A stretch of 50,418 nucleotides of DNA, taken from positions 1 to 50,418 of the forward strand of contig JBDSIP010000131.1 in NCBI GenBank assembly GCA_039917915.1, written 5' to 3'. The position numbers and the translations under genes are program-made. Below, piece by piece: positions 29,901-39,562 of the stretch. The notes under the pieces are model-generated. The model was not told where the DNA came from. It ran no database searches and saw only the letters and a program-made list of their open reading frames with translations. Within the stretch, counting starts at the first letter, position 1, and each line of letters begins with the position of its first letter. The stretch is from Thermoflexales bacterium. GTDB lineage: Bacteria > Chloroflexota > Anaerolineae > J036 > Brachytrichaceae.

Positions 29901-32900
29901 GCAGGGCCGACAGCGCCGCCGTGCCCGTCAGCCCGCCCAGGCTGCCCGCGACATCGTTCCCATCGTAGAAGTCTTGCGGCTGCGCCTCGACCAGCCGGTA
30001 AGTGCCGGTCAGCAGGCCGCCAAAGGCGAAGAAGCCGCTGCCGTCCGTCCAAAGACTGCGTGTCGTCTGCGAACCGTTGGACAACACGCCGTGCAAGCTG
30101 ACCGCCGCGCCGCCGATGCCGCCTTCGCCGGGGTTCTTCGCGCCATTCGCGTTGTCATCGGCAAAGACGTAGCCCGTCAAGGTCGGGCCGAGCAGGAAGT
30201 CGCAGTACGGCAGATTGGTGCCATATTGCAGGGCGATGCCGCCTATGGAACGGCCCTGGACGACGGCTCCGGCGGAGCAGACCGTCGCTCCAAAGTCGCG
30301 ATACCCGAGCGGGAAGGAGACGTGGGTGACGGTATACGCGCCGGGCGGCAGGTTGAGGAAGCGGTAATAGCCGCTGGCGTCCGTAGTCGTGGTCATTGCG
30401 ATGGAGCCGCCCGCGTTGGGCACCCCAACCATTCGGACTGTTTCGCTGACCAGTCCGATGCCATAGGGGGCGTTTTGGGTGGGATACCAGACATAGGCGA
30501 CCCGCCCACCCAGATTGGCGTTGATGAGCTCGCCGAAGTTGTAGTCATTGGCATAGGCGCCGGGCGCCAGGACCAGGTTTACGAACTGATCATTCGCGCC
30601 GAGCGCGCCGCCTGCGCCGACGCCAAGTTGCTCCTGCCCATCTGAATAGCCCGCGGGCTGAATCTCGGTGAGGGTATAGGTGCCCGGCCGCAGCCCGCTG
30701 AACTGGTATGACCCGGCGCTCGTCTGGGTCATGACCACCGGCTGGCCCAGGTTGTTGAAGCCGGACAGCACAATCGTGGCAGGGGTGTCGAGGCTGCGGT
30801 CAGGGCCATCGCGCAAGCCGTTGCCATTGGTATCGAGATACACGTTTCCGGCAATGATGTTGCGTTGTTCGCCGAAGTTGTAACCCGTGATGACCACGCC
30901 GGGGGTGAAGACGATGCGCGAGATGATGTCGTTGGTCGTCGTCAGGCCTCCGCCCGTGCCGATCGTCTCCTGCCCGTCCAGATAACCGGCCGGCTGGAAT
31001 TCGTGAACGGCGTAGGTTCCGGTTACAAGTCCGCCCCAGTAATAAAAGCCGTCATAGCAGTGATTCGACACCGGATAGACGGGCGAGAATGAGGCTGCGC
31101 CAAGGGTGACGTTGGTGTTGTAGACGTCGACCCCGGTAAGCTGCAGGCTGACGCCGCTGATGCCCAGTTCCGGCGAGTTACACAGGGTTGGCAGGCTTGG
31201 CTCACGCTGGCCGTTGTCGCTGTCATCTCGGTAGACGTAACCCGTGATGCTGGGTTTCTCGCCAAACACGGCGCCCTTGGTCTGGCCGATCGTCAGGGAG
31301 ATGGCCCGGACCTGATCGTTGGTGACGATGGCCTCGGGCGCGGCCACGGACGTGTCGAGGCCGTCGACATCGACATCGCGATGGATTTCGGTTAGCGTAT
31401 ATGACCCCGGGCGCAACAACGGAAAGGAAAATTGACCGGCGGAGTTGGTGGTGTCGGTGGCGAGCACGGTCTGGCTCAGGTCGTTACGGCCGGTGAGCAC
31501 GATCTTGATCCCGCCGCCGATGCCAACTTCCGGGCTGTGGTTCGCAGTCTGGCAGAAGGGCGCGTCGAGACAATACGGCCGTTCGTACACGCCGTTGTCG
31601 ATCACATCAAAGAAGACATAGCCCCGCAGCGTGTTGGGCAGGTATTCGCCGAAGTTGTTGTTCTGGCCGAATGAGCCGCCGGGATACGCCACATCGATGT
31701 AATCCTGCCCCAGCGGTCCGACGCTTCCACCCATTGGCCCGGCATTGTCGGCCCCGTCGAGATAGTTGGGCGGTTGAATCTCGCGGATGCGATAGACCCC
31801 CGGCTCCAGATCGCCAAACCGGTAGAAGCCGAAGCCGTCGGTCTGAGCCGTGCGGGTGATCGGATCGCCGCCGGCGGGAGCGCCGGTCAGGATCAACGTG
31901 ACGCCAAACAGGGTGGTTTCGCCCGCGTCGTGTTCGCCGTCGACATCCGCGTCGACGTAGACAAATCCGCCAAGGCCGGTTTGCGTTTCGCCGAAATTGT
32001 AGTTGTAGCCATTGCCCGCCACGCCCAGGACGATCCCGGCAAACGTGTCTGACGGAATGAAGCTTCCACCGAGATTTCCGAGGGTGTCCTGCCCATCGGT
32101 GTAGCCGGCCGGCTGGATCTCAGCGAGGGTGTATGCGCCCGGCCGCAGGCTGCCAAAGGTGTAGGCGCCGGCGCCGTTGGTTTGCGAAGCTCGGGAGACG
32201 CTCGCGCCACGGTCGTCCGCGCCCGTCAACCCGATCAAAACCCCTGGCAGGCCAGGCTCATTCTGCTGGCGCGATCCACTCCCATCGATATCGAGATAGA
32301 CCTCGCCGGCGAGCGTCGCCGGCGGAAGTTCGCCAAAGTCGTACTCGGACCCGTATTGGCCGGTTCCATAGGTGATCGTGAATGTGTCCTGCCCCTGCAT
32401 GCCGCCCAACGTTCCCAGACCCTCTTTCCCGTCCAGGAATCCGGAGGGTTGATAGGCTGACAGCCGGTAGGTCCCGGCGACGAGGTCGCCAAAGGCATAG
32501 AAGCCAAACTGATTGGTGACCGCGTTTCGATAGACCGGGCCGCCCATGGACGTCGTTCCATCGAGTTCCACAAGCGTGTTCGGAATGCCGAACTCCGTGG
32601 CGATCTGGCGCGCGCCATCGTTGTTCAGATCGCGGTATACGTAGCCGGTTAGGCCGACCTGACGTTCGCCAAACAGGTAGCCGCTGCCGGCGGACTCCGG
32701 CGTCAGCCCGATGCCATTGATGGTGTCGAAGCCGTCAGCATTTCCGCCGCGGTTTCCAGGCGTGTCGATGCCATCGGTGTAGTTGCCGGGCTGCACTTCG
32801 ACCAGGCTGTAGTTCCCCGGTCGAAGCGCCGCAAAACCAAAGCTGCCGTCCCCGCCCGTGGTCGTTGTGATTCGGAGGGGCAGCCCGAGATCGTTCGTTC

Positions 32901-35900
32901 CGCTCAGAGCCACCGTCGCCCCAACGATGCCGGCCTCGCCGCCCTGAAGCTGGCCATCGTTGTTGATATCCCAGAACACCATTCCGCCCACAGACGCCCC
33001 GTAGAACTCGCCGAAGTTGTATTCCGAGCCGACCTGGCCGGGTTGGAAGGTGATATTGGAAATGGTATCGTCTTGCGTGCTTTCCCCGCCCAGGTTGCCC
33101 GGCGTGTCCAGGCCGTCGAGCAGCGCCGCAGGCTGTGTTTCGGACAGGCTGTAGGTGCCGGTGAGCAGCCCGTTGAAATAGTAAAAGCCGTAGCCGTCGG
33201 TTGTGGCCGTCCGCGTCATGAGGACGCCCAGGCTGGTCAGTCCATACAGAGTGATCGAGGCATTGCCCACGCCCGAGGCGTTGGCGCGCAGGCCGTCGTT
33301 GTTGGTATCGCGATAGACGTAGCCGCTCAGCCCGCTGATGCGCTCGCCGAAGTCGTAGTTTGCGACATAGTCCTCGCCCTTTAGCGTGACGCTGTATATG
33401 GCATCGTTGCCGAGGCTGCCACCGCCGCAGCAGCCCACCTTGTCCTTGCCGTCGAGGTAGTCAGCAGGTTGGATTTCGGTGACCGTGTAGATGCCCGCGC
33501 GCACGTTTGTAAACGAATAGGCGCCGAGGCTCGACGTCGTTGCCGTCATCCAGATCGGCGCGCTCAGATAGTCGGTTCCGCGCAGATTGAGCGTTGCGCC
33601 GCCGATGCCCGGGTCGATCGGGTCGCGGACGCCATTGTCGTACAGGTCGAAGAAGACGTTCCCGGCGAAGGTCGATGGGCCAATCTCGCCGAAGTTGTAG
33701 TTGCTCCCGCCGGGTCCGGTCATGGTGATCGAGATGAAGCGGTCGTTGCCGGAGATGACGCCGCCGGCGCCCGTGCCAAGCGACTCGCGACCGTCAAACC
33801 AGGCGGCCGGCTGAATCTCAGTGAGGGTGTAGACGCCGTTGAGGACGTTGACAAACTGATATACGCCGGCCGAGTCCGTCTGCGCCACGCGCCCAACGGT
33901 CGCGCCTGTGTCGCTCCGGGTGCCGGTGAGATACACCGTCACGTTGTTGATGCCGCTCTCGCCGGCGCCCTTGACCCCGTCGTTGTTCCTGTCGCCATAG
34001 ACATAGCCGCTGAGGAAACCGCCCGATTCGCCGAACTGATAGTTTCCATAGAACTGGCCAGGCAAGACCAAAATACCGGGAAACGTGTCGTTGATGACGC
34101 TCAGGACGCCGCTCGGGTTGCGATCCAGCCCGTCCAGATAGCCCGACGGCTGCGTTTCGCTCAGGGTGTAGGTCCCGGGCCGAAGGCGGACGAAGTTGAA
34201 GAGCCCCGAGGCGTTGGTGTACGTCACGACAACGACGGGCTGGTTGCGATCGTTGGTGCCAGACAGGGTCAAGGTGGCGCTGGGCACGCCGGGCTCGCTG
34301 AACGTCTTGGTGCCGTCGCTATTCAGGTCGAGGAAGACGTAGCCACTCAACTGGGCGCCATCCAGCTCGCCGAACAGATAGTCCCGCCCGTAGCTGGCAT
34401 GCGTGATCACGATGCCGGCGATCAGATCATCGCCGTTGCCCAGGGTCGACGTAATGCCTCCAAGGGTGCCGGGGGTGTCGATGCCGTCCAGCCGCGAGGC
34501 CGGTTGCGGTTCGATGAGCGCATACGTGCCGCTGACGAGGCGGTTGAAGACAAAGCGACCATTGAAGTCGGTGGTTGTCGGACTGTAGACGTATTGTCCG
34601 AACACCGTTGTTCCGCTCAGGATGACCTGCTCGCTGTACAGGCCGCTGTCGTAGTAGGTTGAGAACACGCCGTCATTGTGCGTATCGCGGAAGACGTAGC
34701 CGTACAGCCCGTTGAGGAGCTCGCCGAAGTAGTAGCCATAGAAGTCCGAGCCGGCGGTCGTGATCGTGATGCCCTGGAAGCGATCATTGGCGATCAGCGC
34801 GGGGGTCGGGTAACCGCTCTGCTCGCGGCCGTCCGTGTAATCAAACGGCTGCAACTCGGCAAGGGTATACAGCCCCGGTCGCAGGGTGTTGAAATCGAAG
34901 ATGCCGCTGATGTCGGTGATGCGGGTGAGGGAGACCGACGCGCCCACATCATCTGTTCCGGTGAGCGTTACCGTTACATAGCGAATGCCGGTCTCGTAGG
35001 GCTGATTGGCGCTGTCGTAGGCCCCGTTGGCATTCAGGTCCTGGTAGACGGTGCCGCGGATGCGCGAGACGGGCAGGTCGGCGAAGTTGTAGTTGACCCC
35101 AACGCCGAGGGCGGGATAGACAATTCCGCTGATGAGATCGGAGCCGAGTGTGCCGCTGACACCGCTCGCCAGGCCATCGATCGTCCCGGGCTGATCGAAG
35201 CTGTCGAGCAGCGAGGCAAGCTGGTTCGACGCGATTTGATACGTCCCGGCCGGGATGCCGGCAAAGAGATAGAACCCGTCGTAGCCCGTCTGCGTTGTGC
35301 TGAAGACGCCGCCGCCGTCGGTACTGCTGAGCGCTACCGTGACCAGGCTTGGGAAGTAGTTCTCATTGACGTCGTGCAGGCGATTGTTGTTCACATCCTG
35401 ATATAGAAAACCGGAGATGCCCGATTTCTGCTCGGTGAATCCATAGCCGTAAGCGTAGGAATTCTGGGTGATGATGGTGATCGCGTCGATTCGGTTGACC
35501 CCCGGAATCCCGCCAAAATTGTTGCCGATGATCGACGGGCCGTCGACATAGCCGCCCGGCGGTTGCGTTTCAATCACCGAGTACGTGCCCGGCCCCAGGT
35601 TGTTGAAGGTGACGCCGTAGCCATACAGTCCGCTGTTCAGGACGATCGGCCCGACCGGGCTGCCGACATCGGTCGTGCCGGTCAGGGTGATGGTGATGTT
35701 GTTGATTCCGAAATCAGAGTTGTCGTTGGCGCCATTGGCGTTGCGGTCATGGAAGACGATCACGCTGAACGAGGATGGGTAGAGTTCGCCAAAGTCGAAG
35801 CCGCCGCCCGGGAGCCCTGGCGTGTAGGCAATCCTGGCGTAGATATCGTTGCTGACCGCCGCGGGCAGCTCGGGGATGCTCTCGCGGCCATCCACATAAC

Positions 35901-38900
35901 TGCCGGGCTGGAGTTCGGTGATCGTATAGGTGCCCGTGACCAGGCCAGTGAAGGCGTACCGGCCGCGGTTGTCCGTCTGCGTTGTGCGTGACCCAACCGA
36001 GCCCGTGACCGTCTGCCAGGTCAGGGTGATGCCAATGCTGTTGAGGCCGCTCTCGCCGTTGGGGTAGTCGGCATAACGCTGAAAGATGCCATCGTTGGTG
36101 GTGTCGCGGTAGACGTATCCGCTCAGGGCGGGCGGGTATTCGCCAAAATTGTAAAGCCCGCCCAGCGTGTCGGGGATAAGCGCGATGTCGCCAAAGCGGT
36201 TGACCCCGATTCGGGGGTTCGGGTAGCCGTCCTCCATCGGACCATCGTTGTAGCCAGGCGGCTGGAGCTCGATCACGCTGTAGACGCCGGGGCGGAGGGG
36301 CGTGAATACGAAACGCGCCCCGATGTAGGAGTAGTCCTCGATGGTTCCCGTCACTGTCGTCGCCGTCATCCACACCGATTGGCCGGCGTCGTTGGTCCCA
36401 GTCAGAATGATGGTCACGCCGAATATTGGCGGATCGCAACTGGCCGGGCACACGCCGGAATACGAAAGCCTTTGATTGTTGTCGGCATCCACGAACACGA
36501 AACCTTCGATGCTGGATGGGGCAATCTCGGCAAACGAATTGCCCGCTGCAGCCGCCAGTTGGCCTGACTGCGTTGTGGGGGTGAAGAAGATGGCGCTGAT
36601 CGCGTCAACGCCAATGGGCCCGGTAATACCGCCACCCGCGCCGACCTGTTCGTAGCCATCAAGCAGGTAGGCGGGCCCCTGCTCAATCAGCGCATACGTG
36701 CCCGTGGGCGGCGCGCTGAACGAGAAGTGGCCCAGGGCGTCTGTCGTCGTTGTCATCCACAGGCCCGCCCCAAACTCGGTCGTGCCCGCGAGCCACACCG
36801 TGACGCCGCCGATGCCCTCTTCATCCTCGTACAGGCCATTCGCGTCGTTGTCGACGAAGACGAGGCCTGACAGGCCGGGCAGCAACTCACCGAACAGCGC
36901 GTCGGCGTAGGTCGCTACGCCGGTCAAGACAATGCCGGTCACGACGTCATTGCCAACGATTCCCCCATCGGTCACGCTGTCGAGGCCGTCCGCCCAGGCC
37001 ATCGGCTGCGCCTCGGTCAATGTGTAGACACCCGGCGCCACGCTGAAAAAGCTGGCGTAGCCGCTGTAGTCGGTCAGCAGCGTGGTCGAGACGAACGCGC
37101 CGCGATACGTCACGCCCGTCAATTCAACCGCTCCATCCTCAATCCCCACTTCGGTGTAATCGTAGGCGCCGTTGCCGTTCAGGTCGGCAAAGATCTGGGC
37201 GATCACGTTTCTCGGGCGCAGTTCACCAAAGAGATTTCCAGTGACGGGCACGCCATAGGTCACCAGGATTCCGGAGATCACGTCGAAGGTCGGGACGGCG
37301 CCGCCGATGACGCCGCCGCCCGGGCCGACGGCTTCCTCGCCATCAAAGTAGTTGTTCGGCTGCGTTTGGGTGAGGGTGTAGACTCCGGGCGGCACCGGGA
37401 AAAAGGCGAACCGGCCATAGAAATCCGTATTGGCCGTCATCGATACCGGCTGGCCGGTGGTGGTCGTCCCAGCCAGAACCATCGCCACGGAGAAAGCGCC
37501 GTTGTCTATCTGCGGATCGTAGGCGCCATTGCCGTCCTCATCGAGGTAAACCGTGCCCGATACGACCGTAAATGGATACTCGCCGAAGGTGTAGGAAAGG
37601 GCGGGCGTCGCGGCGACAAGGCTGACGGTCATCGCATCATTACCCAGGACGCCGCCGGCCGTGCCGAGCGCATCGACGCCATCATCAAAGGCGGCAGGCT
37701 GGAATTCGCGCAGGATGAAGGTCCCCGTCGCAAGCGCGCCAAAGGCAAAACTGCCGTCTGAAGCGGTGCTTGAGGTGACAATCAGCCCGCTTCCCAGGTC
37801 CGACAAGGTGATTGTCACGCCCGGCACACCCGCTTCGATGCCCGGTCCCCAAGCGCCATCGCGATTGCTGTCGGCGTAGACCATGCCAGAAACGCTCAAC
37901 TCGTAAGGGCTTTGCGTTTCATATGCGCCGATGTCACAGATCGCGAGTCCGTCGCCGTTGCCGTCAGCCGGGCGAGGCTGATTGCGCTGGTCGATGGCCG
38001 GGCACGTCACGCCGCCCGCATCCATGGCGCGGCTTCCATACACCAGCGGAACGACTTGGGTGCCCGCCATTGAGATCACCGCGCCGACGCCCGGTTTGAC
38101 ATTCACGACGTCCCCGGCGCCGCCCGAGTATTCGTTTCTGGCGACGCACTGGGTGATATCGCCGATGAGCGAATTGCCCTGCGACACCAGGCTGGCGTTG
38201 CAATACGCGTCCGGGCCGGCCCCGACGGCCGTGTTGGCGTCAATCAACGTCCCGCGGAGTGTGATGCCGGGGTATTCGGCGTATGCGCCTCCGCCCGTCC
38301 CGCCGCTGCGATTGCGCGCGATGGTATCCCAACTGAACTTGACGTTGCTGGCGTAGTAGGCATATACGCCACCGCCCGAGCTACTGGCGTAGTTGCCGGC
38401 GATGGTGGTGCTGGTAATGCCCCCGCTCACGTTGAAGAGATACAGGCCGCCGCCGTTGCTCGCCGACCGGTTGCCGGCGAAGGCGCTTCGATTGACACTG
38501 ACGAAGGCGTTCTGGGCCAATCCGCCGCCCCCGTTGCTTTGGGCCGTGTTATTGCTGATCAGCGTGCCGCTGATGAAAAGCCGGCCACCCGTGTGATATA
38601 GACCGCCACCGTTCCAACCGGTGTTGTTGTCGATCACGACATCGTCCAGCGACAACAGATACGCGCCGTTGAAGTAGATGCCCCCATAACCATTGCTGGC
38701 CTGGCAGGCGCCATCACGGATGTCAACCTGCGACACGAACACCCGCGTCTGGGTGTTCCGAATGTCCATCCCGCAGCCTGTGCTGACATTGCCGCCGCGG
38801 CGAATTGTGAACGCGGACAGGGTAGCCGTCATGGGGGCATTGGTGACGGCGGGGAAGATTTCGAAAACACGATCGGTAAGGTTGCCATCGATCAGGGTCA

Positions 38901-39234
38901 GGCCGCGCCCGGCGCCCGCGACGGTGATCGTGTCGCGCAGGTCGAGGTCACCGGTGAATGCGCTGTTCTCGAATGGGCCCGTGCGAGTGAGGACAAAAGT
39001 CCCCGCGGGCAGGCTGACGGTGTCCGGACCCGCGTGGGCATTGGCCTCCTGGATGGCGGCCCGCAGGCTGCAGGTGCCCGCCGTGGTGGCGCACACCCCG
39101 TTGCCGACCAGGGCGTCGGGGAGATCGGTCGTGTCGTCGACCGGGTAGGTGTCGGCCTGCGCCCCGCGATCCAGCGTCTGGCATGCGATCAGAGCGCCGA
39201 TGCCGGCGATGAGGAGACGGATCGTGGTTCGCAT
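26977..39234 (-). CDS. Giant secreted adhesin-like protein B2 (~4085 aa), paralog of B1
   Basis: The supplied ORF runs to 39267 from a GTG. The ATG at 39234 (MRTTIRLLIAGIGALIAC...AQA) aligns exactly with the B1 start context (gcatggcggg.cgttttc). The upstream GTG lies inside the conserved leader hairpin. Architecture and repeat count match B1. Ends in AYLPRVLR-COOH (26980-27003). Confidence 0.9.
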   Translation of the reverse strand: MRTTIRLLIAGIGALIACQTLDRGAQADTYPVDDTTDLPDALVGNGVCATTAGTCSLRAAIQEANAHAGPDTVSLPAGTFVLTRTGPFENSAFTGDLDLRDTITVAGAGRGLTLIDGNLTDRVFEIFPAVTNAPMTATLSAFTIRRGGNVSTGCGMDIRNTQTRVFVSQVDIRDGACQASNGYGGIYFNGAYLLSLDDVVIDNNTGWNGGGLYHTGGRLFISGTLISNNTAQSNGGGGLAQNAFVSVNRSAFAGNRSASNGGGLYLFNVSGGITSTTIAGNYASSSGGGVYAYYASNVKFSWDTIARNRSGGTGGGAYAEYPGITLRGTLIDANTAVGAGPDAYCNASLVSQGNSLIGDITQCVARNEYSGGAGDVVNVKPGVGAVISMAGTQVVPLVYGSRAMDAGGVTCPAIDQRNQPRPADGNGDGLAICDIGAYETQSPYELSVSGMVYADSNRDGAWGPGIEAGVPGVTITLSDLGSGLIVTSSTASDGSFAFGALATGTFILREFQPAAFDDGVDALGTAGGVLGNDAMTVSLVAATPALSYTFGEYPFTVVSGTVYLDEDGNGAYDPQIDNGAFSVAMVLAGTTTTGQPVSMTANTDFYGRFAFFPVPPGVYTLTQTQPNNYFDGEEAVGPGGGVIGGAVPTFDVISGILVTYGVPVTGNLFGELRPRNVIAQIFADLNGNGAYDYTEVGIEDGAVELTGVTYRGAFVSTTLLTDYSGYASFFSVAPGVYTLTEAQPMAWADGLDSVTDGGIVGNDVVTGIVLTGVATYADALFGELLPGLSGLVFVDNDANGLYEDEEGIGGVTVWLAGTTEFGAGLWMTTTTDALGHFSFSAPPTGTYALIEQGPAYLLDGYEQVGAGGGITGPIGVDAISAIFFTPTTQSGQLAAAAGNSFAEIAPSSIEGFVFVDADNNQRLSYSGVCPASCDPPIFGVTIILTGTNDAGQSVWMTATTVTGTIEDYSYIGARFVFTPLRPGVYSVIELQPPGYNDGPMEDGYPNPRIGVNRFGDIALIPDTLGGLYNFGEYPPALSGYVYRDTTNDGIFQRYADYPNGESGLNSIGITLTWQTVTGSVGSRTTQTDNRGRYAFTGLVTGTYTITELQPGSYVDGRESIPELPAAVSNDIYARIAYTPGLPGGGFDFGELYPSSFSVIVFHDRNANGANDNSDFGINNITITLTGTTDVGSPVGPIVLNSGLYGYGVTFNNLGPGTYSVIETQPPGGYVDGPSIIGNNFGGIPGVNRIDAITIITQNSYAYGYGFTEQKSGISGFLYQDVNNNRLHDVNENYFPSLVTVALSSTDGGGVFSTTQTGYDGFYLFAGIPAGTYQIASNQLASLLDSFDQPGTIDGLASGVSGTLGSDLISGIVYPALGVGVNYNFADLPVSRIRGTVYQDLNANGAYDSANQPYETGIRYVTVTLTGTDDVGASVSLTRITDISGIFDFNTLRPGLYTLAELQPFDYTDGREQSGYPTPALIANDRFQGITITTAGSDFYGYYFGELLNGLYGYVFRDTHNDGVFSTYYDSGLYSEQVILSGTTVFGQYVYSPTTTDFNGRFVFNRLVSGTYALIEPQPASRLDGIDTPGTLGGITSTLGNGDDLIAGIVITHASYGRDYLFGELDGAQLSGYVFLDLNSDGTKTFSEPGVPSATLTLSGTNDRNQPVVVVTYTNASGLFNFVRLRPGTYTLSETQPSGYLDGLDRNPSGVLSVINDTFPGILVLPGQFYGNYQFGESGGFLSGYVYGDRNNDGVKGAGESGINNVTVYLTGTRSDTGATVGRVAQTDSAGVYQFVNVLNGVYTLTEIQPAAWFDGRESLGTGAGGVISGNDRFISITMTGPGGSNYNFGEIGPSTFAGNVFFDLYDNGVRDPIDPGIGGATLNLRGTDYLSAPIWMTATTSSLGAYSFTNVRAGIYTVTEIQPADYLDGKDKVGCCGGGSLGNDAIYSVTLKGEDYVANYDFGERISGLSGYVYRDTNNDGLRANASGVGNASITLYGLTSLGVLMTRTATTDGYGFYYFNGLLTGTYSLSETQPAALLDGLDTPGNLGGESTQDDTISNITFQPGQVGSEYNFGEFYGASVGGMVFWDINNDGQLQGGEAGIVGATVALSGTNDLGLPLRITTTTGGDGSFGFAALRPGNYSLVEVQPGNYTDGIDTPGNRGGNADGFDTINGIGLTPESAGSGYLFGERQVGLTGYVYRDLNNDGARQIATEFGIPNTLVELDGTTSMGGPVYRNAVTNQFGFYAFGDLVAGTYRLSAYQPSGFLDGKEGLGTLGGMQGQDTFTITYGTGQYGSEYDFGELPPATLAGEVYLDIDGSGSRQQNEPGLPGVLIGLTGADDRGASVSRASQTNGAGAYTFGSLRPGAYTLAEIQPAGYTDGQDTLGNLGGSFIPSDTFAGIVLGVAGNGYNYNFGETQTGLGGFVYVDADVDGEHDAGETTLFGVTLILTGAPAGGDPITRTAQTDGFGFYRFGDLEPGVYRIREIQPPNYLDGADNAGPMGGSVGPLGQDYIDVAYPGGSFGQNNNFGEYLPNTLRGYVFFDVIDNGVYERPYCLDAPFCQTANHSPEVGIGGGIKIVLTGRNDLSQTVLATDTTNSAGQFSFPLLRPGSYTLTEIHRDVDVDGLDTSVAAPEAIVTNDQVRAISLTIGQTKGAVFGEKPSITGYVYRDDSDNGQREPSLPTLCNSPELGISGVSLQLTGVDVYNTNVTLGAASFSPVYPVSNHCYDGFYYWGGLVTGTYAVHEFQPAGYLDGQETIGTGGGLTTTNDIISRIVFTPGVVITGYNFGEQRNIIAGNVYLDTNGNGLRDGPDRSLDTPATIVLSGFNNLGQPVVMTQTSAGSYQFSGLRPGTYTLTEIQPAGYSDGQEQLGVGAGGALGANDQFVNLVLAPGAYANDYNFGELINANLGGRVAYVWYPTQNAPYGIGLVSETVRMVGVPNAGGSIAMTTTTDASGYYRFLNLPPGAYTVTHVSFPLGYRDFGATVCSAGAVVQGRSIGGIALQYGTNLPYCDFLLGPTLTGYVFADDNANGAKNPGEGGIGGAAVSLHGVLSNGSQTTRSLWTDGSGFFAFGGLLTGTYRLVEAQPQDFYDGNDVAGSLGGLTGTAALSALPAWSTPITNDIIAGIVYTPNALGQNHLFAELRPARLRGNVYYDKDDTGTFTPPFAGLDEIIYPVRVTLEGTNDLGEPVYMTNTGASGSFDFTGLRPGIYSLTETQPPDYTDGIENVGSKGGVLGYDQFRRINLTWGDDAVDYNFGERKFGIVGTVFADRNNNGIFESPFGPDSGIGGVLVWLSGTTAIGDPVVLTFTTGGGGYFNFPDLQPGVYTLSETQPAGYADGLDALGTLGGLLSNDRITGIVIGEHSFGQAYTFGELPPSTLSGYVYVDANNDGYRGGYGEPGIAGVTITLQGQNTLGDPVLMLTRTDPLGYYIFRDIPNGGYSLLESQPNFVDGIDRAGTGAGGVALNDLIIGIGFNMIIDAYDYNFGERPSALSGHVFWDENGNGTREISETGLSPATLKLRGFDFNSQPVNKTTRTTFEGYYAFEALPGTYWIEEVQPFGYLNGLALPGTLGGVISGANVITSIVIGIGGAGSDYDFAEVAPSAVDLAGAMGLDLAFLQSASMQTDLVNKAGVGSPLPGAATLAGFPTNGPTFAYLGTGNMLFADQPNSGPNTFGLGDYARLALTFTVPTTATCLSIDFAFFSEEFPEFVGSQFNDTFDAFVDGQPIARDQNGNRISINSVFGAAPGNAAGTTYDAATPRLRARAELTPGATSVITFFVTDVSDTAYDSAVFIDRFTFGRPEGEACVPGANLPVGVVLTKTVGPWPTAGNPVCALTDALTITQPTEIAYCYRATNTGEYTLTTHTLVDSAFGPLFSQMPLELLPGETFEFITSRVETQTAVSVGTWTGAYSGTFSAASSDVTTVTMTGPVITPTPAPGSATMMILPGSAQTYFTQPITVAVMISGVSNLGGYEVALRFDPAQVTVTHVSQGSFLTTTGRGLVLVPTRFGPDYARFGASTVGAAAGPSGSGALAWVRIAPRESGTATLTLSNTLATNVAGLSIDLTAFGGQLVVIHPGAAYLPRVLR
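26980..27429 (-). other. Cohesin-like C-terminal domain of B2 with YLP tail
   Basis: FTQPITVAVMISGVSNLGGYEVALRFDPAQVTVTHVSQGSFL...GPSGSGALAWVRIAPRESGTATLTL...AAYLPRVLR. Confidence 0.65.
28420..37899 (-). repeat. Array of tandem SdrD-B/Cna-B-like domains in B2 (collinear with the 27 units of B1)
   Basis: Runs from LSVSGMVYADSNRDG to ...DYDFAEVAPSAVD. The unit-by-unit order matches B1, for example the CPASCDPPI unit, the CCGGG unit and the RDVDVDG unit. Confidence 0.8.
37915..39153 (-). other. Right-handed parallel beta-helix head of B2
   Basis: GNGVCATTAGTCSLRAAIQEANAHAGPDTVSLPAGTFVL plus GGG(L/V)Y turns, ending PAIDQRNQPRPADGNGDGLAICDIGAYE. Confidence 0.7.
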
Positions 39235-39264
39235 GGCGGGACGTTTTCCTTGACTGAAATGCCA

Positions 39265-39291
39265 CACCGGAGGGCGGCGATCCCTCCGGTG
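39265..39291 (-). promoter_or_regulatory. Conserved 5'-leader hairpin upstream of B2
   Basis: caccggaggg-cggcgat-ccctccggtg: a 10-bp stem and 7-nt loop, 31-57 nt upstream of the ATG at 39234. Confidence 0.55.
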
Positions 39292-39313
39292 TTGATGTTT
39301 TGGCCGATGGTCG

Positions 39314-39347
39314 GTTATAGATTATTTTCGGGCTTCGGAACTCTCAC
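39314..39347 (-). promoter_or_regulatory. Candidate promoter footprint for B2-A2 (GTGAGAGTTCCG-N16-TATAAC on minus strand)
   Basis: Same two blocks, same 16-nt spacer length and same 80-nt distance to the ATG as 19620-19653. Confidence 0.35.
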
Positions 39348-39453
39348 ATTTTGGCGCGTTACTCTCAGGACGACTCGATCATTGTAGACCGAGCCCGAAA
39401 ATGCGCCAAGCGCGGAACCCATACCGCGGCCGGGCGAGGTCCCAGCCGCCCCT

Positions 39454-39562
39454 GTCTGAATCACGGATGCGGAGGATGACGCGGATTCCGCAGATCGTCG
39501 CCGCCGGATTGGATGGGCCTATCCGTGACATCCGGGTCATCTTACGAATCCGCGATTCAGAC
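39454..39562. repeat. ~109-bp imperfect palindromic REP/MITE-like element (CACGGAT-type repeats)
   Basis: gtctgaatcacggat (39454-39468) pairs with atccgcgattcagac (39548-39562), with 1 mismatch. Nested pairs are gcggattc/gaatccgc and gatgac/gtcatc. Only the left arm is present in copy 1 (19880-19894). Confidence 0.65.

Larger units (their letters stand above)
19981..39505 (-). repeat. Segmental duplication, copy 2 (genes B2 + A2 with leader, intercistronic hairpin and 3' REP flank)
   Basis: See copy 1 (111-19980). Gene order, domain order, repeat number and regulatory hairpin positions are the same. Confidence 0.85.

Noticed and set aside
7256-39234. Diversity-generating retroelement or invertase-driven phase variation as an explanation for the two diverged giant-gene copies.
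   Set aside because: No reverse transcriptase, template-repeat/variable-repeat pair with adenine-specific differences, recombinase gene or invertible-segment inverted repeats are visible in the window. Divergence is spread over whole genes.
39235-39267. GTG-initiated 11-codon N-terminal extension of B2 (MWHFSQGKRPA).
   Set aside because: The ATG at 39234 aligns with the B1 start and gives a normal signal peptide. The extension overlaps the conserved leader hairpin.
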